64,000 nt of DNA from Eledone cirrhosa (lineage: Eukaryota): positions 145,514,001 to 145,578,000 of the forward strand of contig OZ024742.1 of NCBI GenBank assembly GCA_964016885.1, written 5' to 3'. The notes under the pieces were generated by a model. It had not been told where the DNA came from. It made no database searches and saw only the letters and a program-made list of their open reading frames with translations. Within the stretch, counting starts at the first letter, position 1. Each line of letters starts with the position of its first letter. A program made the translations under genes and the position numbers. Positions 25,271 through 36,330 of the stretch are shown one piece after another.

Positions 25271-26433
25271 CTTCCTATAGAATACAATCAGTCAAATCAA
25301 CCATTGCTTTTGCAATATAAATTTCGGTTTTGTATTTTCAGTCTACATTTATTTTTGTCAAATCTATCCAATTCTTGATCTTTGGAGGTTTTCCTTTTTT
25401 TTTCTGTGGTCTCTAAGAATCCAATCTGTTACATTTCTCATCCAACAGTTGAATATATTTCAACGATGTTACAAATTCAGCAATGTCATTTGATTTAATT
25501 TGGGGCCAGAGCTAACCTATAATTAGCCAACAACAACATTTATAAATGTGATAATAGATAATACTAGATATTGATGATGTATCTGAAGTAAAATATCATT
25601 TATTGCCAATGTCATCAGATAATCTGAAATAATGAAGAACAGTATAGTATATTGAGGATACTTAAAATAAAGAGATTCAATAGCGGTTATTTTACATCCT
25701 TTCAGCAAGCCTTAAATATAACAGTCCACTTTCATTACAGTTAGTATCATTTCATTTAGTGGCCAGTGTAGAATATTCTTTTGAGGATGTTTCATTTTAC
25801 GTATATGAAATAGCAGAAAATACATTTGAAAACACCCATCAAAAACCATGACATTTTTACAAGATTTCTTCAACATGCACACAACCACAAGTCCAGTTAT
25901 TTGATGAATATTTTCTCTTATTAGAAGAATTTTGAAAAGGTAATTTTAAGGAAGTAACTGTTACTGTTCTCTTATCCTCTATCATATGAGAACAACATCT
26001 TGAAAATACCACTCTTACATTATAGCATATCAGTCAAGTTTGAGTAATCAAACAACCTCACAATAATACCTCTATAAATATCAAAATCTCTCAACACTCA
26101 TCAACCCTATTGCACAACATGGCAAGAATTTTCTCAGCAACCAAGATGAATATCTAGCTGCAACCTCCAAGTGTTTAAACAACTATTCTAAAAACTCCAA
26201 CTGTGGTGATAAACAGCATCAATGAAATAAATGTCCTACACGAGAGGAAATTATCCACAAATATGACAAGAAAGATCTATAAAACCTGTAATGCTCAACC
26301 TTCATGAATATATTGTGCTGTAGACATGGCAACCTTCTTAGTGTAGGTCATCTACACAATAAATGCACTCAGTACACACTGTAAAGTTGTTGATGATAGA
26401 AAGGGCATCCATCCATAGAAAATATGCCATGTT

Positions 26434-26613
26434 CTAAAGAGAATGTTTTATTATAACTTTCTCGGTTATATTCTGGAACATCTCTGTATAATGAACCTTC
26501 TTTAGTAAATGTTCACTATGTAATGATTTATCACCATTGCATATCCTTGTAATTAAATCTATGTTGGTAAATGTAGTTTTGTTAGCAGTGTCAAACTCAT
26601 TAATATCCTCCAT
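26434..26613 (-). pseudogene. Orphan N-terminal remnant of a ZNF-cluster paralog
   Basis: Reads MEDINEFDTANKTTFTNIDLITRICNG, homologous to the N-termini at 54564 and ~53318; upstream ttctcagcttt..aatt.atATG context is shared; no finger array follows. Confidence 0.65.
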
Positions 26614-26946
26614 ATCAATTTTAAAGGAATTCTTAAAAGCTGAGAAATGTATCTGTATAATCTACTATGGTTTAGTTTATTATCACCATCCATTAAAAAA
26701 AAAAAAAAATGCACGGGGCAGATGTGGACTCCTTAAGCTGTTGTGAAAGCAACCCATCTAGGAGAATAGACACTGAATAAAAACTGATATAGGGTTGAGA
26801 GGTCTCTCAAGTCCAATAAGACAACCTCTCCAGTGCTGGTGGCATGCATAATTCACCTTGTCTATGCTATAAAGTGCAATAAAGCACAATAAAAAAAGAT
26901 TCACACTAATTGCATATACAAGGCTAACACAAGTCATGTTAGTGTT

Positions 26947-27440
26947 GTGAAAAGTAGTGAGGTGGCCAGAGTAGTCATGTGCGAGAACCCTTCAACTGTC
27001 ATCAAGCAATTGCACAGCCTTTTCCCCTTCCATATACAACGAACTGCTACTCAAGAAACTAACCACTGTCAAGTTACAAATCTCAGGACTGTCACACTCA
27101 ATGCTGACATCCTGAAAAGTAAATCAGGTGAAATTATGGAGTTGCTAGAGAGAAGAGAAGTGGATGTATGCTGTGTACAAGAAGTCAGATGGAGGGGTGC
27201 CTCAGCAAGACTACTCACAGGCAAACAGCATAGATACAAACTTTACTGGACAGGAAATGACGATGGGGTAGGTGGTGTAGCCATTCTACTAGCTGAGATA
27301 TGGATAGATAAGGTAATAGAGGTAATCAGTGTAAGTGACAGAATTATCCAGCTTAGAATAGCTGTAGGAAATAGAATGGTGACAATTACATCTACCTATG
27401 CACAATAAGCAGGACTGAGTAAAGAACAAAAAGACAAGAT
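26947..27440 (+). mobile_element. RTE LINE 5' fragment (APE endonuclease N-terminus)
   Basis: VDVCCVQEVRWRG, YKLYWTG..GVGGVAIL and VSDRII motifs. Confidence 0.85.
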
Positions 27441-28413
27441 CTCAAATCGCTGAGACTCACAGAGGAGATGATGAAGGAACACGATGAGGGGGAAAGATGC
27501 TGTGCTGAAAAGAACCCGTCCAACCCATGCAAACATGGAAAAACATGTAAAATCAATGAAGATGATGATATTATGGGCTTCTATTTATATATACAGAAAA
27601 TGTAGATATACTTTCTACTTATCACTGGATAACTTGCTGCTGACGAGATCTTCTCCATGTGGCACATGTACTTTATGTTAACAAAAATGTCCATTTCAAC
27701 ATTAAGAAATATGAATATGGTTAATAGAGACTCTGTAGGCTAAATCAATATAGAGCCTCCATAAATGATTAAAAGCAGAGGTACCAGTGAAGTTGGTTGT
27801 AATGAAATGGTCAGTTAGTACAACTGTAAAGTAATGACTATGTTGGACAAAGAAAATATTTTTACCTATATAATCATTGTTTAACGTCCATTTTCCATGC
27901 TAGCATGGGTAGGATGGGCTGTCCCATTGTGAGAGATCCATGTTGGAGGACTGTTTTGCTCACACTGAACTGATTTTGGCTTGGTTTCTACGGTTGGATG
28001 CCCTTCCTAACTCCATCCACATTTACAGTGTGGACTGGGTGCTTTTTATCGTGACACCTACATGTCAGTTTTTCCATGCTGGTATTGCTTGTACAGGTTA
28101 TTACAGATGAAATCAGTCCTTAATTGGAGTTTCTGTCCTAGACTAGTTAATAGTCTTCACTTCCCCTATATACAGTGGCAGACTAGGTCTAAAAATATTG
28201 GTTGCCAGGAGATGAAGGGGGCCCACCTACATATAGAATGCTATAATTTAATTTTTATAATGAATAAATAACATTTTCAAAAAATACTTAAGTAGAAACA
28301 AAACAGTGCAATCAAATTTTTGCGGAAAAATATCTTACTTTCTCCAATAAAAAATATGTATTTTGCAAAATCCAGAGACTTTCAATAATGACCTTTGGTC
28401 TTTTACACTCACT

Positions 28414-28453
<40 letters not shown>

Positions 28454-28529
28454 CGAAGGAAATGTGGTAAGGAACCATGTGGACCATAACGCACCAAAGT
28501 ACTCAATACTTGAGGTAGTAGAGTGGGTA

Positions 28530-29520
28530 ATAGGAACCAGTAAGACCCCGACAGCTGAGCTCAAGCCGTTTCGACGGCTAATTCTGGACTAAATGAAAAT
28601 TTATCCTGGTATTTAAATAGCCGATCTTCTCAAGGGGTAATTCCATATATGGTCAAAGTGATTGTCAAAAATCAGTAGTAATTCTGTGGTTGCAAATTAG
28701 TAGGGGAGATGGTGGCTAAACCTGCCAGTAGGAGAAAGAGGGGAGGGGGTGGAGTAGACCCAATCAAGCGTTGGTAGTGCCAGCTACAGCTGGGCATGAG
28801 GTCAAAGAAGATACAGGGGAGGGGGAGGGGGAGGAGGTCGGAACGGTAGGTAGAACAATGGGGGGTAGAAATAGGAAAGAAAAAATACTGAGAGTGAAGA
28901 AAAGCAAATAAGTGTAAAGAAAAAAGTAAAGTAAATTAAATTCTACGACCTAGGTGTCAGGCTATTGTTAGGCGAGAATAAAATAAAGAAAGAAAGAAAG
29001 AAGTAAATAAATAAATAAATAAATAAATAAGGAAATAAGTAAGAGAACTAGGTGGGACGGATAAGGCAAGGACCCTTTTAAGAGGTATAAGTACGTAAAT
29101 GATACGGTGACGGGTCAACAAAAGGGGCCAAAATACTAAAGAGACTACCACGAAATAAACAATAAAGGTTTCCATCCCGGGCCAGCAACGACCCAGTGCA
29201 GCAAAGTGAACTTGTACGAGATAATAATTCTGAGTCCCGAGAAAAATATATACTAATGCTAACTCTAAAAGATCTAAAACAAGCTACATGAAAGTTCGTA
29301 CGAAATAAAGGTAGAATACGGAGAAATAAATTCAGAATCCACCCCGCCCAGAAGAAAAGCGAAGCAAGAAATACTGAAACGAAAAAATAAGGCATGTGCC
29401 ACTAAGAAATATAGAGGGCACAGAGAATAGTGGGAGCGGTCGGAAAAAGGGGGAAAATATCCGGGGTCTAAGCCAACTGCTATAAAGGGCGGAGTCCGCC
29501 AAATCTATCAAAGACTAGGG
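28530..29520 (-). repeat. Left inverted arm (pseudo-LTR copy)
   Basis: Reverse complement of 31171-32161; the ORF track gives identical peptides for both arms (105 aa and 72 aa). Confidence 0.95.
28545..28638 (-). ncRNA. Hammerhead ribozyme (type I, U3-A8 variant), left-arm copy
   Basis: Exact mirror of 32053-32146. Confidence 0.8.
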
Positions 29521-29522
29521 AG

Positions 29523-30947
29523 GATAAACGAGAAACTAAATTCATACAGTTCGACATAGAGAGCTACTATGCTTCAATCACCTTACCGCTACTTACTGCC
29601 GCCTTGGACTTCGCCGAAACACTCGTGCCCATCACCGACCAGGAAAGAAAAATCATCCTCCACGCCAGGAAGACAGTCTTACTCTTTGACGACTCTAAAT
29701 GGATAAAAAGAGCTCCCGACTCACCCTTCGACGTCAGCATGGGCGCCACGGATTCGGCGGAGGTCACTGATCTTATAGGATTATTCCTAATAGCCAAACT
29801 CACTGATATGTTTCCTGCATTCGGTGGTGGATTGTACCGTGATGATGGGCTCCTTACCCTTAAAGGGTACAACCCCAGTAGTACAGATCGGGTCCGGAAA
29901 CAATTAATCAGATTCTTCCGCGACTGGGGATTTAAAATAACCCTACAAACGTCCCTGACCCGAGTAAACTTCCTGGACGTAACCCTCGACCTCGAAAACG
30001 ACCTGTACTACCCATACAGGAAACCTAATGACAATCTGCACTACATCCACCGCCGATCTAACCATCCTAGGAACATCACAAACAACCTGGTCAAAAACAT
30101 CTCCCTCCGCATATCCCGTTTGTCAGCTAATGAGCGGATATTCGATGAACATGCGCCTTATTACAACCAGGCCCTCAAGCGGAGTGGTTTCCGGGAGGAA
30201 ATATCCTACTGTCCAGCTCCCATTAGCGGAACCAGCAGGAGACACCGCCGCTCACGCAATGTAACATGGTTCAATCCTCCCCACAACGCAGAGGTGACTA
30301 CTCCCATCGGGAAACTATTCTTTAGGCTCATTGAAAAACACTTCCCATTACAACACCGCTACCACAACATAATTAACAAAAATACCATCAAACTCTCTTA
30401 CAGCACTACACCAAGCTTCGCACAAAACATCGTCTCCTCTAACAACAAAAAACTCAACCCCGATGGCAGAAATAACCTAATTAGCAGTGGAGAACCGACC
30501 AGGAGGTGTAACTGCCCGGATAGATCTATTTGCCCACTCGACAATAGATGCAGAGACCGTAATGTGATCTACCAGTGCAACGTGAGGACGGATACCTCCA
30601 ACAAAGCCTATATAGGACTTACCGCATGTGACTTCAAGACCCGGCTATACCAACATAGACATACCTTCCGAAACCCGGCCCGGCGTCACGCCACTACACT
30701 TTCGGGCCACATATGGGACCTCAAGGACAACAACATCACCTATGATCTCACTTGGAGATTACTGTCCAGAGCCAATTCTTACACGGGAGGACGCCGTCCG
30801 TGCAATTTATGCTCGGAGGAAACTTTACAAATGCTGTTTTCGACGGACCAACTCCTAAACAAGAAAGATGAACTGGTTACTGCATGTAAACATAGATTGC
30901 GTAGGACTTACCTCGCCCTCAAACCCCATAATGACCCGGGGGGGTAG
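29523..30947 (+). CDS. Penelope-like RT (C-terminal part) + Cys-rich linker + GIY-YIG endonuclease, 5'-truncated, no internal stops
   Basis: Frame open from ~29523: FIQFDIESYYASI, SMGATDS, GLYRDDGL, VNFLDVTLDL, WFNPP, CNC..CPL..C, VIY..AYIGLT..FKTR..H, CNLCSEE. The GLYRDD/WFNPP signature tentatively suggests the Nematis-like group. Confidence 0.9.
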   Translation, partial: DKRETKFIQFDIESYYASITLPLLTAALDFAETLVPITDQERKIILHARKTVLLFDDSKWIKRAPDSPFDVSMGATDSAEVTDLIGLFLIAKLTDMFPAFGGGLYRDDGLLTLKGYNPSSTDRVRKQLIRFFRDWGFKITLQTSLTRVNFLDVTLDLENDLYYPYRKPNDNLHYIHRRSNHPRNITNNLVKNISLRISRLSANERIFDEHAPYYNQALKRSGFREEISYCPAPISGTSRRHRRSRNVTWFNPPHNAEVTTPIGKLFFRLIEKHFPLQHRYHNIINKNTIKLSYSTTPSFAQNIVSSNNKKLNPDGRNNLISSGEPTRRCNCPDRSICPLDNRCRDRNVIYQCNVRTDTSNKAYIGLTACDFKTRLYQHRHTFRNPARRHATTLSGHIWDLKDNNITYDLTWRLLSRANSYTGGRRPCNLCSEETLQMLFSTDQLLNKKDELVTACKHRLRRTYLALKPHNDPGG

Positions 30948-31170
30948 ACTAGGGCTATAACACCCCAGTTGCCGATTTTGCAATGGGTAACCCCTGCTTG
31001 CCAAGGAAGACGTAAGATCTTCTTTGTATTCTTTTATCGCTTCCTTTATGTCCTTCCCCCCTCTCTCCTTTGTCCTTCTACCCCAGCTCTTCTCCTTTGT
31101 CGGCGTCTTTTCTCGCCCACCCGAGGCTGCCCTTTGGCCCCATGTAGCCTTAGTACCCCCACCCCTCCTC

Positions 31171-32158
31171 CCCTAGTCTTTGATAGATTTGGCGGACTCC
31201 GCCCTTTATAGCAGTTGGCTTAGACCCCGGATATTTTCCCCCTTTTTCCGACCGCTCCCACTATTCTCTGTGCCCTCTATATTTCTTAGTGGCACATGCC
31301 TTATTTTTTCGTTTCAGTATTTCTTGCTTCGCTTTTCTTCTGGGCGGGGTGGATTCTGAATTTATTTCTCCGTATTCTACCTTTATTTCGTACGAACTTT
31401 CATGTAGCTTGTTTTAGATCTTTTAGAGTTAGCATTAGTATATATTTTTCTCGGGACTCAGAATTATTATCTCGTACAAGTTCACTTTGCTGCACTGGGT
31501 CGTTGCTGGCCCGGGATGGAAACCTTTATTGTTTATTTCGTGGTAGTCTCTTTAGTATTTTGGCCCCTTTTGTTGACCCGTCACCGTATCATTTACGTAC
31601 TTATACCTCTTAAAAGGGTCCTTGCCTTATCCGTCCCACCTAGTTCTCTTACTTATTTCCTTATTTATTTATTTATTTATTTATTTACTTCTTTCTTTCT
31701 TTCTTTATTTTATTCTCGCCTAACAATAGCCTGACACCTAGGTCGTAGAATTTAATTTACTTTACTTTTTTCTTTACACTTATTTGCTTTTCTTCACTCT
31801 CAGTATTTTTTCTTTCCTATTTCTACCCCCCATTGTTCTACCTACCGTTCCGACCTCCTCCCCCTCCCCCTCCCCTGTATCTTCTTTGACCTCATGCCCA
31901 GCTGTAGCTGGCACTACCAACGCTTGATTGGGTCTACTCCACCCCCTCCCCTCTTTCTCCTACTGGCAGGTTTAGCCACCATCTCCCCTACTAATTTGCA
32001 ACCACAGAATTACTACTGATTTTTGACAATCACTTTGACCATATATGGAATTACCCCTTGAGAAGATCGGCTATTTAAATACCAGGATAAATTTTCATTT
32101 AGTCCAGAATTAGCCGTCGAAACGGCTTGAGCTCAGCTGTCGGGGTCTTACTGGTTCC

Positions 32159-32161
<3 letters not shown>
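31171..32161 (+). repeat. Right arm (3' pseudo-LTR)
   Basis: Reverse complement of 28530-29520. Confidence 0.95.
32053..32146 (+). ncRNA. Hammerhead ribozyme (type I, U3-A8 variant)
   Basis: Stem I acccc/ggggt; core UUGAGAA 32058-32064; stem II gatcggcta/tagccgtc; GAAA 32119-32122; stem III acggct/agctgt; GUC triplet 32139-32141. Confidence 0.82.
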
Positions 32162-32191
<30 letters not shown>

Positions 32192-33096
32192 GGGAGTGCG
32201 TGTATATGTGTGCATGTACATGTGTATATATAGATATACTATCTGAGCTACCTGGTGATTCCCGGTTATTTTATTAAAGATACAATATTTGAACATTGAA
32301 ATATGATTGCTGAATTTTAACTTATTACCATTTGTTTAAAGCAAATCATGTAGATAAAATGATTATTAGTTTTGTCCAGTAGTTATTTTTTTTATACTGC
32401 TCCCTATTACAGTTAGCATATATAATGCTTTGCACTTGGAAGAATCATTAGGTATGTTGTCAGTGAAAAGTGCATGACCAAAAAATAAATTTAGATTTTA
32501 TTTATCCTTTTTTTTTTTTTGCACAATCAGAACCTCTGAAATTCAAACAAAATGTAAAGACTATTTTAAAAAGCATAAATAAAATAAAATAAAAAATAAA
32601 TTTACCATTGGTTTATGAATGTATGAAGAATTTACTTACTTATTTCTGTAATTCAGGAAAGTTTATTGTGTGTAAGTGTGGTAAATATATAGATATACAC
32701 CAGGAACCAAACTCCCGATCTCCCCATCACTCACTATTATGAGCAAATAGGGGCCCACACACTGGCCATCCAACAGCCCTGGCGGTCTTTATAGAGGATG
32801 GTAAGGGAAACGCGCTGGAAAATCCATTCCGGCTTGCAAGGCTCACCACTGTGGGTTGCCAACTCTGTGCCGATGGTGGTGAGTTGGGAGGTAGCCCTAC
32901 AGCCAAGGACACCAGAAGTCTCCATTGCTATGGGCTCAACAACAAACCTGTCGGAGAGCGACTAATATTTGGAGCGTTTACGCTCCTTAGTTCAAAGTGC
33001 TGCAGAGCCTGGATTAATTAAAATTTTTACACTGTAGCTTTCACAAACTTTTACCTCTATGGCAGTAAGGTGTCACATACAACCTTTCCTTTTTGC

Positions 33097-33132
<36 letters not shown>

Positions 33133-33544
33133 CATGAGCAGTAGCCTGGGATATATGTCTTTAACTTAAGTACGGTGATAAACACACACACACACACTTG
33201 TCTCTAATTTAAGAATGCCGAGATACACACGCACGCGTACACACACACACGATCACATACACACAGTCTCATTACGACTTTTGTGAAAGAGAGAGAGAAA
33301 AAGAAGTAACATTAAGAAAGGAATTAGTTAAGAAGCGTTTAAAAAATAAATAGATAAAAGTTAGTTATCAAACTATGCTATCATTTTTCTGTTTTCTTTC
33401 TCTCTCTCTCATGCCCTCTGTTTCTCTCTTATCTCCTCTCTCTCTTTCTCTACAGAATGAAGAACAAAAAACAAATAAGTTGTTGCCTCGTTTTGGAGGA
33501 CTGAGTTGTGGGAGGGAGGGTTTAATGTCCCCAGGGGTTCGATT

Positions 33545-33690
33545 ATTGATTTTTATTGAAATCCAATTAGCCAGTCCTGTTTCTGAATATTAGCTTAACA
33601 TGTGTGTAAAGTTTCATCATGATCGGCTCACTGGTGTAGAGCTCAAGTGGTTACACACAGACAGACATAAATTACCATTTATATAGTAGA
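33545..33690 (-). mobile_element. Probable 5' end of a non-autonomous Helitron-like element
   Basis: Minus strand begins a|TCTACTATATAAA..tgtctgtctgtg..ccgatcatgatgaaacttt, a typical non-autonomous Helitron start with a GTCT microsatellite. Confidence 0.5.
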
Positions 33691-34037
33691 TATATATGTA
33701 TACATAACAGGTTTTCAACTTGTACAAAAATCCCTATGTATATATATATATATATGTGTGTGTATGTATACATATATATATATATGTGTGTGTATGTATA
33801 TATATATTATATCATGCAATGAACATACTCGATAACAAGGGCAGCCATCATAATATATACATTACATATATATATACACCACCTTCAACACTAATTGATT
33901 TGATAGATGTCTTTAACCCATTGGTACCAAACATTATTTGGTCAGTAGTTTGTGTGTATATATATATATATATGCTTGTGTGTGTGTGTTTATATATATA
34001 TATATTTGCATGCATATATATATGTTTGAATACACTA

Positions 34038-34315
34038 AGCTTTATACTTAGTAGATTCCAGCTATTTGCACTATCATATATTTTAGTTTCTATTAATTCC
34101 CTGGGGAATTGGTTGACCAAATGCTCTGCTTAATTGTTTTATTTGTTTTAAACAAAATTTTATTCTTTCTCTTAGATTTCAGGTATTTTTTGAAAGCTAA
34201 GCATTGGCCCCTAAAATACTTCAGTAGGTCCCTGCAATGCTACTGTGGGTCCCTGCAATACTTCCATCGGCCTCCTGGGGCCCACTTGCCATTGGGCAAT
34301 CTGGTCAGTCCACCA

Positions 34316-34318
<3 letters not shown>
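34038..34318. repeat. Non-autonomous DNA-transposon-like repeat end, second copy at ~36825-37086
   Basis: gattccagctatttgcactatcatatattttag..gcattggcccctaaaatac..ccactg is shared by both copies; both end near CCACTG followed by TA repeats. Confidence 0.6.

Positions 34319-34383
<65 letters not shown>
34319..34383. repeat. (TA)n microsatellite
   Basis: About 32 TA units; other tracts at ~28416-28452, ~32159-32183 and ~33099-33128. Confidence 0.95.
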
Positions 34384-34386
<3 letters not shown>

Positions 34387-34439
34387 ACGAAGGGTAAAAA
34401 TAAGAAGTAAGAAGTAGTTATTGTTAGATGAGGTAACAA

Positions 34440-34562
34440 TAATAATTGTTTCTACTTTTGGCACAAAGCCAGCAATTACCCAGTACATTGCTGGTACTTT
34501 ATTTTATCGACCCCGTAAGGATGAAAGGCAAAGTTAACCTCGGCGGGATTTGAACTCAGTCC
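34440..34562 (-). mobile_element. OK-like SINE, 5'-truncated
   Basis: Reverse complement of ~1105-1225. Confidence 0.85.
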
Positions 34563-35487
34563 ATAAGAATAGGTGTAATAGCGAGAATATAAAGAATAAA
34601 TAATTTTGTTTATATATGGTTTACTTCACGTGAATCAATTAAAAAGTAAAATAAAACAGTTACCAAGAGTTGTTAAGGTAGACAATGTTATTTTTGTTGT
34701 TGATATAAAAACAACGACCGACGAGATAAAGTTTGTTGGTGGTTAAATTTGTTGCAGTCGTCATAGTAGTTTTCATCGTGAGTCTGAGACCATAGTGAGA
34801 GGGAGAGAGTAATGGTTTGTATACCTCTGTTATGGTCTGTAGTAAGTGTGAACCACCGTGGCCTGCAGACAGCGGTGAATCTTCCACATTTGTGTTCTGT
34901 AGTAGTAGGGCTCTAATCGCTCTGGGTGTATCTGTAGACCTCATGGGGTCTGTTGATAGTGGTGAATCTTTCACATAGCTTGTTCTGTAGTGGGGTGTTC
35001 CGATGTCTCTATAGTTAGTTGCTAGCGTAATGTCTCTGTATAAAACGTTGGATGATACAGGCTTTATATACCTATCGCTTCCTTGAGGGGATAGCCAACG
35101 CATCACCAAAAGAGTGATGACCCAGAATTTGACCTTTAGGTGTCACCCAAGCACTTCAAGGCACGGATAGATTTCACTACATTAGTTCCCTACCCAGATC
35201 GATGCTGGAGCAGCGATCGATTATAAAAGGGGTAGCGAAATCTGATTCTTAGAAGCGTGTCCCGAAACACACAAAATGTGGGTATTGCGCCCGCACTTCG
35301 AGTGTAGAGAAATTTGGAGAGAGAAAAAAAATATAGTATAACTGTGTATCATGTGTGTGTGTAACATTTAGAAGAAACTGTAAAAATACAAAGTTGTGAT
35401 CATGTATTTCGAACTGTTGTGTATGGATGGACGTTGGGGTTACGGTATCGGATTACGATATGATAACACAGAGGACTATTTCTCTCG

Positions 35488-35815
35488 ATGTATCTCATAC
35501 GTAAGATTCTCTTCCAACCAGTCGAGGTTTACGCTATAACATGAGTGTGTGCAATTTTGAGTTGCGTGCTCAGTGAGTCGAGCGAGTATTAGCCATGGGT
35601 TGATTATCATGTGTTTAATAGCTGTTGCCGAACCTTGACCAGTTGAATCTCAATGTATTATCATACGTAAGATTCTCTTCCCGTGAGTCGAGGTTTATGC
35701 TATGACATGAGTGTGTGCAATTTTGAGTTGCGTGCTCAGTGAGTCTGAGCTAGTAGTAACCGTGGGTTAATTATCATGCGTTTAATAGCTGTTGCCATAC
35801 CTTGACCAGCTGAAA
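35488..35815. repeat. Tandem dimer of a ~165-bp unit inside an unclassified element
   Basis: tcatacgtaagattctcttcc..ccttgaccag at 35495 and 35661. Confidence 0.9.
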
Positions 35816-36330
35816 AGTGATCCCGCAGAGACCCAACCGAATCCAGAATATACCATAGACAAAAATATGTTGGTGTGTGAAAAAGAAAATGATGTGTGTT
35901 TGATGCAAAACGTGTTATTCATACAGGCATATAATACAGTAAAATGAATTAAAAAAATATATATATATATTTATATAATTGTTCTTTACAAAAAGTTCTG
36001 TTTTCTCTTCTTTATGTGATCGGATTCTTGCTAGGAAGCTAGTAGTGTTGTTGTTGTTGTTGGAGATTACGAAGCAAGTGAAACAGACTGTCTGTCGGCC
36101 GCCCTCATTGTTTTTGCCGAAAATAAATAAGTGACATTGACACTACTTTAAAACTCATAGCGAATGGTCTTCTAAATGTTTTTAATTAAACATACAGTAT
36201 ATTGCCAAATATACTATACATACATTCATGTATATATATATATAATTTGTTTGTTAAAATAATCAAATTAAATTAATTCAACAGTTAAATATACATAATA
36301 AGGTTGTTACGAAAGAGCCAGAAGATTGAC

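Larger units (their letters stand above)
28453..32161 (+). mobile_element. Penelope-like retroelement, 5'-truncated, with inverted pseudo-LTR arms, inserted in (TA)n
   Basis: RT + GIY-YIG ORF between 991-bp inverted repeats 28530-29520 / 31171-32161; (TA)n on both sides; hammerhead motifs in the arms. Confidence 0.93.

Noticed and set aside
28816-28838. G-quadruplex in the pseudo-LTR
   Set aside because: Only three tracts of three or more G followed by GG runs; purine-rich low complexity is a sufficient explanation.
28957-29395. Hydrophobic 105-aa and 72-aa ORFs, duplicated at 31296-31734, as membrane proteins
   Set aside because: They are T-rich low-complexity pseudo-LTR sequence, and their identity simply reflects the inverted repeat.
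33720-34387. YI/CV-rich ORFs (also 20326-20671, 28312-28592)
   Set aside because: They are translations of (TA)n and (TG)n microsatellites.
35241-35290. Hammerhead ribozyme at ctgattc..cgaaac
   Set aside because: The core lacks GA at positions 8-9, there is no convincing stem II, and stem III is mismatched.
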